From: Eledone cirrhosa
Lineage: Eukaryota
DNA length: 64,000 nucleotides
Reading direction: 5' to 3'
Assembly: GCA_964016885.1 (NCBI GenBank)
Contig: OZ024741.1
Coordinates: forward strand, 316,138,001 to 316,202,000
Position numbers and translations under genes: made by a program
Notes under the pieces: generated by a model
What the model saw: only the letters and a program-made list of their open reading frames with translations
The model's database searches: none
What the model was told of the DNA's origin: nothing
Shown: positions 36,947 to 49,541 of the stretch, in pieces
How the letters are laid out: each line of letters starts with the position of its first letter
How positions within the stretch are numbered: position 1 is the first letter of the stretch

Positions 36947-37006
<60 letters not shown>

Positions 37007-37011
<5 letters not shown>

Positions 37012-39520
37012 CAAAAGGTCGTTAAAAGAGTTCCATGTATTTTATTATGTGCATTTCAAAAACAAATATCATCATGGGATGATATTTGCGTTCTCATCAG
37101 ATAAAATAGGGAGACATGATATGAAGCTTAAAAAACACTTGCGAGCAGTGAAGTGTTAAATCAACATATGAAAAATAAAATAAGATGGTTATATGAGATT
37201 GGAAAAAAGGAAAGGAAGGGGGAAAGAAAAGGTAAGGAAGAGGAAGAAAGAATATAGATAGAAGAAAAAAATATAATAATAAGGAAAGGATGATGGAAGA
37301 GGAGTATAAGAAGGAAGGATGAGAGAGGAGGAAAAAATGAGTGAGAGAGAGAGATAACCTTTAATACTGAGAAACACTGTCTCACAGAGAAAAATTTAAA
37401 AAAAACGTTGTAAGATAATACATAATTTTAAAAAATTAAGAAATTAAAAATTAATGAGGTTTATGAATGGTGATGCTTATGATTAAAGAAAAAGTAATTA
37501 AGAATACTATTTATTTAAGGTTTATATATTGAATGGTTTAATAAGATGTGCGAAAAGGAATTTATTAAAATGTATTATTAAAATAAAATATATTAAGAAG
37601 ATAAGATGAATGAAGATAAGGTTAAATGAATTATGAACTTAGAGGAGTTAATTAGGGTCCAAGTTTGTTTCTATATATTGTAATAGGAAAAAGTAAATAA
37701 TAGATTTAATACGAGCATGGAAGGAGAGAAGAAAGAAAAAATTCAAGGAAGAAAAAATATATAACGTCAAAAAAATTTGTTTACAAAATTTCTCTAATGG
37801 TAATATTAGTATATATTAAAATATAAATTTGTATGGCCGAGAATATTAGGAAAATGCTATAGTGAGTTATAAGATAAATTAAGAAGTAATTGAGAAGTAA
37901 AAGTTGCAGATTAAAGATTAGAAATTAAAAAAAAGGAGATTAGAAATTAAAAAAGAAGAAAATTAGGGGACCGCTAACGACATAGCATGAGTAATATTGT
38001 ATGATATACTGAAATAATGTAGAAAGATGGGTATATTTGTAAAAAATATAAAAGCGTTTGTGAAAAAAAGATTTTAAACTAATTAGGTAGTAAGATATTA
38101 GTTGTATACTTTATGGAAAGTTCTATGGGATTTATGCAAGCAGAGCGAAAATAAATCCGTACGTCTATTTATTATAGAATTAAAATTAGAGATAATGGTA
38201 AATTTCTCCGCTAGGCAGAGATTACATGTTCTGGATAGGGAAGAATTAAGGTAAGGAGATGCGTTGCAAACCTTTCTCCAAGAAATGTTGTAGTTAATAT
38301 TTTTGTCCTTTAAGGACCATATGAGTTCTGAGAGTGCTGTGTTAGTTCTTTTAAGTTGGTATTTAAAAGAAGAATTGTGATTATAAAATCTTGCCTTAAA
38401 GGAAGTGGAAGTGGAACCAAAATAGGTAAAATAATTAGTACCAGTTATAACCTTACATTCATACACTAAATTTTTATCAAGACATTGGTTACTAAGAGGA
38501 CATTTAGTTCTAATAGGGCAATTGCAATTACGATTAGAGAAATTACCAGAGTTATTAGCAAGTGACCCAGTATTATTTATAGAAGGAATTGAATTGGAGA
38601 AGTTACTTACGATAGGTGCTAAAGTTTCCTGATTTAGATTGGTATTATGAACATTCGACAAAGTTACGTTTGACGTCGTATTTAAATTTACGGAATCTAG
38701 CCTAGAGTTAACATTGACGTCGGCTGCATTAAAGTACCAGTAATGCACTGGATAATTGCTGGCATTGTGCCTAAAGTAGAAACAATTATTATGACGCTCA
38801 GTGTTGGATGGATATGATTAATTACTTAATATTTTAGTATTATGTTTTGAGATAATGTTAGAGATGTTGGAAATGGTGGAATAAGAGAATTTAATTGTAT
38901 GCTTATTAAAGATCTTACTATAAATATGTGAAGGAGGGGAGCATTTATCTAAGGCCCTAAAAAATAGTTTAGGAATATTACTAATAATGGATAGAGAAAA
39001 AGGAGCGTTGTACCAAATCATATTTTTATATCTAGGTCTTTGCTTTATGCTATTGGAATGCTTATAACTAACTATATTACTATAAGTTCCTCCATGATTA
39101 ATTTCTTTACTGTATTTAATTTTGTCAGGATAACTGGCTCTGGAAAGCGCATTGTTGTAATAATTGGCTTTAGCGTCAAAGATAAGTTTATTAGAAGATA
39201 GATTTGAGATTATTTTTTCAACATTACTGACTATAGCATTTTTAACGTTAATAGGGTGGTTAGATTTGAAATTAACATAATTTAGATTCACATTGTCTTT
39301 ATGGAAAGGGTAATATAGGCCGGTGTCAAGATTAAGGGATATATCCAGGAAGTTAGCTAGTTTGACGTTGTTTTCAAATTCCATTTTTAGGTTATCGTGC
39401 TTAAATAGATCAAGTATATTATTCTTAATAATATTAAGGTTAACTAAGTTACAGTTTAAGACAGTAAAAAGGGCATCGTCACGATAAATTCCACCGCGGT
39501 GGAATTTATCGTGACGATGC

Positions 39521-39524
<4 letters not shown>
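37007..39524 (-). mobile_element. 5'-truncated PLE (probably Naiad-like): RT end, linker, GIY-YIG and ~1.1-kb 3' region
   Basis: GGIYRDD, NFLDISLNL, CNCPIRTKCPLSNQCLDKNLVYEC..YFGST..FKARFYNH, CNLCLAEK; SINE 3' fragment inserted at 38730-38792. Confidence 0.9.
37038..37108 (-). ncRNA. Type I hammerhead ribozyme motif
   Basis: Stem I TATTTTAT/ATAAAATA; CTGATGA; stem II CAAATATCATC/GATGATATTTG; GAAA; stem III ATG-CA-CAT; UA site. Confidence 0.85.
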
Positions 39525-39610
<86 letters not shown>

Positions 39611-39613
<3 letters not shown>

Positions 39614-40407
39614 AATGAATAATAACAGGTAGACATCATAAAAAGGTAATTTATTCCGTGTGCTTACAAATGTTTCCACGGTGGTACTACAGCCTAGTTA
39701 TGCTATGTGCAAATTTACAAGTATTTGCAGAACTCAAATATCCAATGCTGTGACCACTGTATCCTCAGAGCAGAATGGTAAAATGTACAATGTAAATACC
39801 CTTAAGTGGGGTTGTTGGGGAAGATAGAGTAGAAAAGGAAGAGAGAAAAGTAGGGGAGAGGGAGAGAGAGAGAAAGATATGCAGGGGTTGGAGAAGTAGG
39901 AGAGAGTGGTTTGTAGATATCTTAATCAAAATGTTATGGTAGGGGTTTTATTATACTGGTTACTTTTGGAGAGATGCGTTGATAGTTAAGGTCGGAATTA
40001 TTTATTGCCCCTGAGGGCAGGTTCATAGATGTGGAGAGGGAGGTAGGCCAAAGGCGAGAGAGAGAGAGTGTAATGGATGTAGAGAGAGGGGTAGAGAGGG
40101 GACAGACGAAGTTTATGTGGTGAGTGAACTTTGGGTTTGTAGTAGTAATCTGTGAATTGCACTGAGTTACCATTTATAGTGATAAGCAGTGTATTGTCTT
40201 GTAGTGTGGGGGAAGAGAAGGTGGTTAGCTAGAAAGCGATCTTATAGTTACGGGTTCGAATGTTAAGTTATTTTATAGTGAGAGAATTTAGCTTTTAGTT
40301 TGTGGTTGCAGTATAATGTTCGTTCAATTCTATCGTTAAGTAGTTTGTTTTTGGATTTTAATATGTAAAAGTAATTAACCATTACTACATCTTGGGTAAT
40401 CCTATAC

Positions 40408-40410
<3 letters not shown>
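39611..40410 (-). mobile_element. PLE 3' fragment (endonuclease C-terminus plus pLTR)
   Basis: YILKSKNKLLNDRIERTLYCNHK resembles the C-termini of neighbouring PLEs; hammerhead and AATAAA; bounded by (TA)n. Confidence 0.75.
39661..39772 (-). ncRNA. Type I hammerhead motif with an 85-nt stem II domain
   Basis: TGCT-CTGAGGA-TACAGTGGT...ACCACCGTG-GAAA-CATTTG-TA-AGCA. Confidence 0.75.
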
Positions 40411-40451
<41 letters not shown>

Positions 40452-41034
40452 AAAGTTCAATTTAAAATTGTTGGGATACACCAAGTAAATATTTTTATAA
40501 CTGATATAAAGCACTCGACAAGTATTTGGAGTAGATATACGATATTAATAAATGCAAACTTCTCATATTATATATTTATGTCCCATTCATGAATATTAAT
40601 ATTTATATTTTTATTATTCATTTCATATGAATTGTTAACTCAACTTAATATGACATGACATAAAGTTTTCATAATATAATATTTCTCTCTCTTGAGTTTT
40701 TCTATCTGTCTGTTGACTTAATATCTCTCTGTTGCTTTCCTCTGTTTTTCTTATTTCTTCCTTTTTTCTTCTTACTTTCCTCCTGTCTTTACTTATCTCT
40801 TTCTTTTTTCTCCATGCATCTCTCTCTCTCCGATATTTCTCCACGTTTTTTTCTTTCTCTCCGTCTTTTTCTTTCTCTCCGTCTTTTTCTTTCTCTCCGT
40901 CTTTTTCTAATTGTCCTTAACACTATGACTTATTAAAGTAATATAAACAAATCACTATCCGGATGGCTTCCAAAAACAATGGTTGCATTTTAATAGGGTA
41001 CGTCAAAGCTTATTTGTAAAACTGTTATATATTG

Positions 41035-41099
41035 TATTTTGTCTGATGAAGGCATACCATAATTTAATTTGGTATCCCTGAAATATGTATAATGAAATA
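41035..41099 (+). ncRNA. Type I hammerhead motif in the 5' pLTR
   Basis: TATTTTGT-CTGATGA-AGG.ATACCA..TGGTAT.CCT-GAAA-TATGTA-TA-ATGAAATA. Confidence 0.8.
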
Positions 41100-41277
41100 A
41101 ATATGGTTTTATAAATATAGTTTCCATTTATTAATATCGTATATCTACTCCAAATACTTGTCGAGTATATAACTTGTCAGTTATAAAAATATTTGTTGTA
41201 TCCCAACAATTTTAAATTGAACTTTTGCATATATTCTGCTCCTGTATTGTTGAGCGCTTTACATTATAACTGAAAAA

Positions 41278-43504
41278 ATGGAATTCTTTAAGATCTCTTC
41301 TTCTCTAAAAGACATACCTCTACCTAGGAACAAAGATTTTATTAAACAATTAATAGAAAAATCAGACTCTTTTATAAGAAGAATCAGGTGGCGTACTTTC
41401 CACTTTGATAAATCTAATCTAAATGAAAATGTTTCAAATCTGGATAAAATTTTCAAATCTAAAAAAAATCCACCTCCCAACAAACTACTAATGGATTTTG
41501 AAAATGATATCGTATCTATCATCCAAGGCATCAAGTTAAAAAAAAAACTTCAAAGGCCAGGATTACCTAAGGAGTATTAAGGATAATATTGAAAACTTGG
41601 AGAAAACAGAGAAAATTCTAGTGAAGTCGGACAAAACTAATAATCTTTATGGAATACAAAAGGACATGTATAAGACCTTATATTGAAAGAACTAAGGAAA
41701 AAGTACAAGGTAGCAAATAAGGACGAACTTGAAAAACTGAATACAGATGCATCTTGTATAATGCATGAATTAGACATTGAGAATAAAACACAACCCTTCA
41801 TGCCTAGGAAACCTAAGATCAATATGAAGGATCACAAAACAAACTTTGAAAATGATTTACCAGTCAGATTAATTGCACCATCTAAATCTGACCTGGGCAA
41901 ATTTAGCAAAAATATTCTAGACAGGGTAATACAACAAATTAAAAACTTACCTAATTTATCTTACTTAAAATTATGGAAAGGGACTAGTGAGGTTATCGAT
42001 TGGTTTAAAGAAATTAAATATAACTATAATAATAAGTTTATTCAGCTGGATATTGCTAACTACTATTCATCTATCACTCCTAATCTACTGAATAAGGCAC
42101 TAAATTACGCATTTAAACATACTGACCTAACTAGCAATGAAATGCACATTATATTATCGGCAAGGAAAACATTGATAGAATTTAATAACCAACTCTGGAC
42201 TAGAGCAGATAGAAATAATAATTTCGACATAACTATGGGATCATCAGACTCAGCTCAGGTAACGGACCTTGTGGGCCTATTTATAATTAATTCGCTACAT
42301 AGAAAAATACCAGGTGTAACCGGAGGCTTATATCGTGATGACATGCTTTTACTTATACAAAATAATAGCTGTGAACTAAATAGGAAAAGAAAACAAATTA
42401 TACAATTTTTTAATTACCTTAATCTAAAGGTGGAAATAGAGAATAACCATAAAATAGTCAATTTTCTTGACGTAACACTAAATCTCAACACATGTCTTCA
42501 TTATCCATTTCACAAACTAAATGAGAACTTGAATTATGTTAATCTTAACTCTAATCACCCCAGATCTGTTAAAAATACTATAGTGAACTCTGTTCAAGAA
42601 AGAATTTCAAGAATTTCATCTAATAAAAATATATTTGATGAAAAAGCGCAGTATTGCAACGAAGCGTTAGGTAGAGCTGGATATAGAAATGAAATTAAAT
42701 ACATTGATAATAATAATAATAAGCAAACTAACCAAAATAATAACAATTTTAATTATGGTAACAACTTTAGCAACTATAATAGAAAACATTACAATAATTC
42801 CAAAAGCCGAAAAAGAAATAGAACTAGAAACATATTATGGTTTGCTCCCCCTTTCTCACTAAATATTAAAACCCCTATTGCTAAACTATTCTTTAAAGCT
42901 CTTGACAAACGCTTCCCTAGAACACATAAATATTACTCAATTTTTAATAGACACACTATAAAATTAACTTACTCGTCCACCAAAAATTTAGCACAAAATA
43001 TTAATAGAATTAATAATAGAAATTTAAAACCTAACCAAAATACCAATAATAACCCAAGCAATATTCAATTGAATAACTAACTGTAGAAATAAATCTAACT
43101 GTCCGTTAAATAACAACTGCTTAGCTAAAAATGTAGTGTACAATTGTAATGTTAAAACTAATTTAAATTCATTTAACTATGTTGGTTCTACCTCTACTGA
43201 ATTTAAATTTCGCTTCAATAATCATAAAAATTCTTTCACAGATCCAAACAAAAAATCTTCAACTTCGCTATCTAGCCTACTATGGGACCTAAAACGAGAT
43301 AATGTTAAATATTCGATGACTTGGAATATTATTTCAGAAGCTACTCCTTTTAATTCCTCTTCAGAAAATTGTGATCTTTGTATTGAAGAAATATTCTTTA
43401 TATTAAAGTCCAAAAATTCCCTTAATTTAAGGAACAATTTATTCAGTTGCTGCAGACATAGATTGAACTCAACGTTTAAATATAAATATAAATTTAAATT
43501 GTAG
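41278..43504 (+). pseudogene. PLE RT + GIY-YIG ORF with several frameshifts
   Basis: ORFs 41278-41580, 41683-43080 (KDHK, VRLIAPSKSD, LDIANYY, FDITMGS, GGLYRDD) and 43136-43504 (YVGST..FKFRFNNH, CDLC, CCRH). Confidence 0.92.
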
Positions 43505-45190
43505 TATAATTAATTAAGTAATTTAGTTAATATATAAAACCTGTCGATAAATCATTAGATTCCTTCACCTTTTTCTTTTTAAACTTTCTTCCTAAATATA
43601 AACAGATATAATAAACTACTTTAAGATGTCTATACTTACAATATCTTAAATAAAATATACGTAGGATAAATTTCTATACTAAATATAAGGATATTTGTAG
43701 AATCCTTGGGTTTTTTAAATCTTTTAAATTTTTGAATTTTAAAATTTTTTTTAATTTTTTTTTTTAATTTTTTTAAATTTTTAAATTTTTAAATTATATT
43801 GATATAATATTTATTTAACTTTTATTTTATTTTTATTTTTATTTATTTTTATTAGTTTTGCTTTGATTCTGATAGCTTCTCATAATTCTCATAAGTCTAC
43901 CCTTTCAATATCTTGATTGAAATATAAGTAGGATAATTTTCTATACTAAATATATGAAACATATTATTTTAACTTAAGATATAGTGTTTTAAAGATATTT
44001 AATGCTTTGACATTTCTAGAATTCGTTTGTCCTTTTGACTATATTGATATAGTTGTATTTCCAAAATAAAATCCTTTGGTATTTTAAATTTATATTGGTA
44101 TAATTATATTTCCAAAGTATAATCCTTAGTAATATATTGATATTTGATTATCTCTATACAAATGTCTATGTGTGTATTAATATGCATATAAAAGTGTTAT
44201 AGGTTTTTTATGATTGTATATATGTCTGTATGTATACATGAGTGATGCGTGAAGACGCACGCAGATATTTATTTATACATATATAGGTGTATATGTATAT
44301 GTGTGTGTGTATGTATATGTGTGGGTAAGAGTTATGTTGCATAACCACGCAGTTTGGATTGCAGATATGCATAATTTTAACAAAATGTTAAATGCATGAA
44401 TGGTAATCATATATATGAAGACATGAATGTTAATCGTATATATTTATGTATATATACTGTGAACTTTTTATAACACAAGGAATGTATAGCAGTGATTAAG
44501 AGAAATCGTCTGCGTTTTATATGTCTATATTGTTGACTTGAGTAAATATAATTTCTATTTTCAGGACGTGCGTGTATATATATATATATTTGTGTGTCTT
44601 TGCCTGAGATACTGACTTCTCTAGCAATGTGTACATTTTGGAGACTAAACCCAAATTTTGGTATATTGATCTCAAGGTTTAAACTAAACATATAGTCATT
44701 ATTAAACAATGTTTAATTTCTCATATTATATATTTATGTCCCATTCATGAATATTAGTATTTATATTTTTATTATTCATTTCATGTGAATTGTTAACTCA
44801 ACTTAATATGACATGACGTAAAGTTTTCATAATCTCCCTCTCTATATATATAATATTTCTCTCTCTTGAGTTTTTCTATCTGTCTGTTGACTTAATATCT
44901 CTCTGTTGCTTTCCTCTGTTTTTCTTATTTCTTCCTTTTTTCTTCTTACTTTCCTCCTGTCTTTACTTATCTCTTTCTTTTTTCTCCATGCATCTCTCTC
45001 TCTCCGATATTTCTCCACGTTTTTTTCTTTCTCTCCGTCTTTTTCTTTCTCTCCGTCTTTTTCTAATTGTCCTTAACACTGTGACTTATTAAAGTAATAT
45101 AAACAAATCACTATCCGGATGGCTTCCAAAAACAATGGTTGCATTTTAATAGGGTACGTCAAAGCTTATTTATAAAACTGTTATATATTG

Positions 45191-45255
45191 TATTTTGTCT
45201 GATGAAGGCATACCATAATTTAATTTGGTATCCCTGAAATATGTATAATGAAATA
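45191..45255 (+). ncRNA. Type I hammerhead motif in the 3' pLTR
   Basis: Identical to 41035-41099. Confidence 0.8.
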
Positions 45256-45312
45256 AATATGGTTTTATAAATATAGTTTCCATTTATTAATATCGTATAT
45301 ATATATATATAT

Positions 45313-46008
45313 GTACGATATTAATAAATGGAAACTCTATTTATAAAACCATATTTATTTCATTATATATATTTCAAGGATACCAAGTTACATTATGGTA
45401 TGCCTTCATCAGACAAAATACAATATATACCAGTTTTATAAATAGACATTGACGTACCCCTTTTAAAAATTGACCGTTGTTTTTGGAGGCCATCAGGATA
45501 GTGATTTGTTTACTTTAGTAAGTCATAGTGTTAAGAGTAAGTAAAAAGATGGAGAGAGAGAAACGTGGAGAGAAGAAAGGGAGAGATAGATAAAGAAAAA
45601 GAAGAAAACAAAAAGAAAAGAGAACAGAGGAAAAATAACGGGGAGATATCAAAGCCTTAAGTTATGTCATATTAAGTTGAGTTAACAATTGGGTTGAAAA
45701 GCATAAATAAAATTAGAAATATTAATATTCATGAATGGAATATAGATATATAATATGAGAAATTACACATTGTTTAATTATGATTAGATATTTAGTTTAA
45801 AATTGAGATCAATATATTAAAAATTGGAATTTAAACATTATAAAATATATATATTGCTAGAGAGATTATCTATCGCATATTACATACACATAGGCAAAGG
45901 TACATAAATATATATACACACTCACATCTCAATTTTAAACTAAATATCTAATCATAATTAAACAATGTGTAATTTCTCATATTATATATCTATATTCCAT
46001 TCATGAAT
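45313..46008 (-). mobile_element. Diverged solo pLTR of a related subfamily, tail-to-tail across (TA)n, with a hammerhead at about 45356-45420 and a 5' fold-back (45926-46008)
   Basis: Reverse-complement homology to about 44580-45300; 45926-46008 inverts about 45727-45809. Confidence 0.82.
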
Positions 46009-46114
46009 TTCTTTTCTATTATAAGTTGAGCCAACTTATGCAGCTTCATATGCAAATGAGATTAATCACCTCATTTACACAGACGAGAAAACCATATATT
46101 CTCGGCTGTCTTGT

Positions 46115-46209
46115 AGTCCAGCAGTCGGAAGCGGTGGGAGGGATCGTCCTGACGAAGGCCAGTTAAGCCGGAAATGCATAGATGGTTGTCCCCCTTGCTT
46201 CTTCTGGAC
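46115..46209 (+). ncRNA. Type I hammerhead motif with extended stem I, in an orphan pLTR-like fragment
   Basis: gatcgtc-CTGACGA-AGGC..GCCG-GAAA-TGCA-TA-gatggtt; palindromic ATGCAT; distal gtccag/ctggac and gaagc/gcttc pairing. Confidence 0.8.
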
Positions 46210-46291
46210 ATCACCAGAGGGCGTTAGGCCACCGGTGTTTGCATAGCTACGGCTTCCTAAAACCGTATTTCTTTGGAGATACGAAATTTCT

Positions 46292-46361
<70 letters not shown>

Positions 46362-46460
46362 GCACGCAGAAAACACAGAATACTGGTCTATTTGTACCTG
46401 GAAATTAAAAAATTCACACGCTATACACAATTCCATACATTCATACATACATACATACAC

Positions 46461-47262
46461 ACATTATTGACACATTATTGCCAACTGTGAAAGAATGTCA
46501 TCTCGTTACTACCTCCATATGAAACACGATGTGATAGCTAGAAACATCTGGAACGCATTAAGGAAAACAAAATTAAAAACAAACGAGGAGGAATATGATA
46601 GATGGCACTAAGGAATACTGTGGAATCTGAAAATAAAAACTGCCACCAATTTAAAGCACAACTGGCCTGATATTGTTGTTTGGGACCACACATTGAAAAC
46701 GTGCTCTGTCGTAGAGATCAGCTGCCCACTTGATGTCAACGTTGTAAGAAAAATGCAGGAGAAGGAGTATATATATGGGAAGTTTGCAGGATCCTGTATT
46801 TAAGATACACCTTCAGCTTCATACCCATTATTATTGGAGCTACAGGTTATATAACAACCCGCTTAGACCAAAGTATGACTGAACTTGAATTTGTGGACAA
46901 AGAGCACAGCTCCCGAATTCATAGACTACAAATGTCTGCGGTATCTGGCATCTTCAATATTTGCAAAACATTTTTGCGATTCAAGGGATGACAATTTCTT
47001 TTCTTTTACAACCTTGCCACCACGAAGGTGGCCGGTCAAAAATGTACTTGAAATTAAGAGAAAGAGAAAAATACATATATGCATACACGTATACATACAC
47101 TTGTATGGACATAAAATATGTACAGAGAGAGAGAGAGAGTCACATAAAGACATACCTTGTACGTATTTACCTAATTTGTCTAAATTTCAATGAAAAATTC
47201 TTGTTTTTATGTTAGAAACCGGCTCTCCATTGGTGAAAATTTATAAAGAAATAAAACCAGAA
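46461..47262 (+). mobile_element. 5'-truncated RLE-type non-LTR retrotransposon (R4/Dong-like)
   Basis: Manual translation HIIANCERMSSRYYLHMKHDVIA...HNWPDIVVWDH..CSVVEISCPLDVN...EKEYIY...FIPIIIGATG; (CATA)n on both sides. Confidence 0.85.
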
Positions 47263-47422
47263 CATACATACGCACACACACACACATACATACATACATA
47301 CATACATACATACATACATACATACATACATACATACATACATACATACATGCATACATACATACATACATACATACATACATACATACATACATACATA
47401 CATACATACATACATACATACA
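47263..47422. repeat. (CATA)n microsatellite
   Basis: Direct reading. Confidence 0.97.
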
Positions 47423-47654
47423 CTTTGTTGAAATAATTTTATAATACGGAAACGGGCAGCTTTTCCCGTGACAGGAAATTACAAAATACATTTTAAAATA
47501 TTAACAGAATTTAATACCTCGTGAGGTTTCCCGAGACTTCCCGGGAATACAGAAGGAATACAGAAGGGAACGTGCTTAACTATGAGAAACCCTATAACAC
47601 ACCCAACAATAGATACAACACCACCAACACCATCATCATAGTTTGGGTGACATT

Positions 47655-47837
47655 GGATTGGCAGTATCGGTAGAGGGTTTGACGCCATGCTTTCCAGCAT
47701 AGTTACGTCCCTTTACGATCTGAGTTCAAATCCCGCCGAGGTTTACTTTGCCTTTCATCCTTACGGGGTCGATAAAATAAAGTACCAGTAATGCACTGGA
47801 TAATTGCTGGCCTTGTGCCTAAAGTAGAAACAATTAT
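47655..47837 (+). mobile_element. tRNA-derived SINE, full length
   Basis: Same family as 15381-15560. Confidence 0.92.
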
Positions 47838-48265
47838 GTAGTAGCAGTTGTTGCTATTATTATTGTTGTTGTTGCTGTTGGTGTGGTGGTGGTGGTGGTG
47901 GGGTGGGGGTTGGGGTGGGGGTGATATTGGTGGTGATGGTTGTGATGGTGTTGGTGGTGTTGGTGGTGTTGGTGGTGGTATTGGTGGTGATGGTGTTGGT
48001 GGTGTTGGTGGTGTTGGAGGTGGTGTTGTTGGTGATGGTGTTGATGGTGTTGGTGGTGGTATTGGTGGTGATAGTATTGATGGTGTTGGTGTTGTTAGTG
48101 GTGGTGGTGATATTGGTGGTGGTATTGGTAGTGGTTGTGGTGGTGGTGGTGGTGGTGGTATTGGTGGTGTTCGTGGTGTTGTTGGTAGTGGTATGGATGG
48201 TGATGGTGTTGGTGGTGTTGGTGGTGTTGGTGGTAGTAGTAGTGGTGGTGTTGGTGGTGTTGTTG

Positions 48266-48324
<59 letters not shown>

Positions 48325-48515
48325 GGTGTAGGTGGTGGTATTAGTTTGTGGTTGATTTTTAGGTGGTGGAGGTGATGTTGGTAATGAAGGTGGTGGAGGT
48401 GTTGTTCATGATGGTGGCGATGGCAGTGATGGCAGAAGTAGTGATGGTTGCGGGTGTTGTGAAGGTGGCAAGGGTTGTGGTGGCGTTGGGTGGGGTGGTA
48501 GTGGATGCGGGGTGT
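47838..48515. repeat. Degenerate (GGT/GTT/AGT/GAT)n trinucleotide tract
   Basis: Direct reading. Confidence 0.9.
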
Positions 48516-48584
48516 AAAAACCAATTACAGAATGTTCACCTCACTAAATAGAAATGTCACTTCACATCAGGTTTGCGCGCTAAG

Positions 48585-48753
48585 GTGTGTGTATGTGTGT
48601 GTCTATCTGTGGATGTGTGAGTGTGTGTGAGTATATGTACCTGTCCGTATGTGTTTATGTAAATATGTGTGCGCAGATGCGTGCAGATGTATATTTGTAT
48701 ATATGTGTCTGTATCGGTGTGTATGTATGCGTATGTATGTGTATATATACATA

Positions 48754-48808
<55 letters not shown>

Positions 48809-48861
48809 CATATATGTGTGTGTGTGTACGTATGTATATGAATATATGTACCTGTATATGT

Positions 48862-48918
<57 letters not shown>

Positions 48919-49137
48919 CATATGAATGTATTTTCATGTACGCAAGTGTTTACATGTATGCAGATGCGCGAATATATATATTTGCATAAAAATGAATATA
49001 TATATATGTGCATGTCTGTATGTTTGTGTATATATATATGTATATTTATGCATCTATGTATACATATTGATGTCACTTTTTGAGGTCTATGTATGTATAA
49101 ATGTGTAAATTTGTCAAATTGCATATGCGTACCCATA

Positions 49138-49222
<85 letters not shown>

Positions 49223-49475
49223 TCGTAGCTACATAGCTTCGAATAAATTCTATTTCACTCTCTTCCAGCATATTGAATACTATGTTTAATTTAATTTCAA
49301 TCCCACCTATGTAATACTAATAATCCATTGTATGCACGCATGTGTGTGTGTGTTTGTGTGTGCTAATGTGTGTTTGTGTGTGTGTATGCGTGAGTGTGCG
49401 TGTGTGTAAACGAGATAGAGACGTTCGATGATTGACTAATTCATGTTAGAATGGTTAAGATATTGTCCTTTCAAG

Positions 49476-49538
<63 letters not shown>
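48585..49538. repeat. Degenerate (TA)/(TG)/(CA) microsatellite field
   Basis: Direct reading. Confidence 0.9.

Positions 49539-49541
<3 letters not shown>

Larger units (their letters stand above)
33751..36950. mobile_element. Essentially ORF-less PLE-type element with long inverted arms (33893-34810 and 35672-36950)
   Basis: Arms match apart from two SINEs in the right arm; internal ~240-bp tandem duplication; hammerhead in each arm; (TA)n on both sides. Confidence 0.8.
40441..45300 (+). mobile_element. Near-complete PLE (probably Naiad-like) with direct pLTRs (about 40560-41144 and 44718-45300) and an inverted 5' tail (40441-40560)
   Basis: Direct repeats flank the RT-EN ORF; 40441-40560 is the reverse complement of about 41120-41233. 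Confidence 0.93.

Noticed and set aside
47703-48524. 273-aa Pro/Thr-rich ORF and its antisense Gly/Val ORFs
   Set aside because: Trinucleotide repeat open in several frames and running into a SINE; no evidence of a gene
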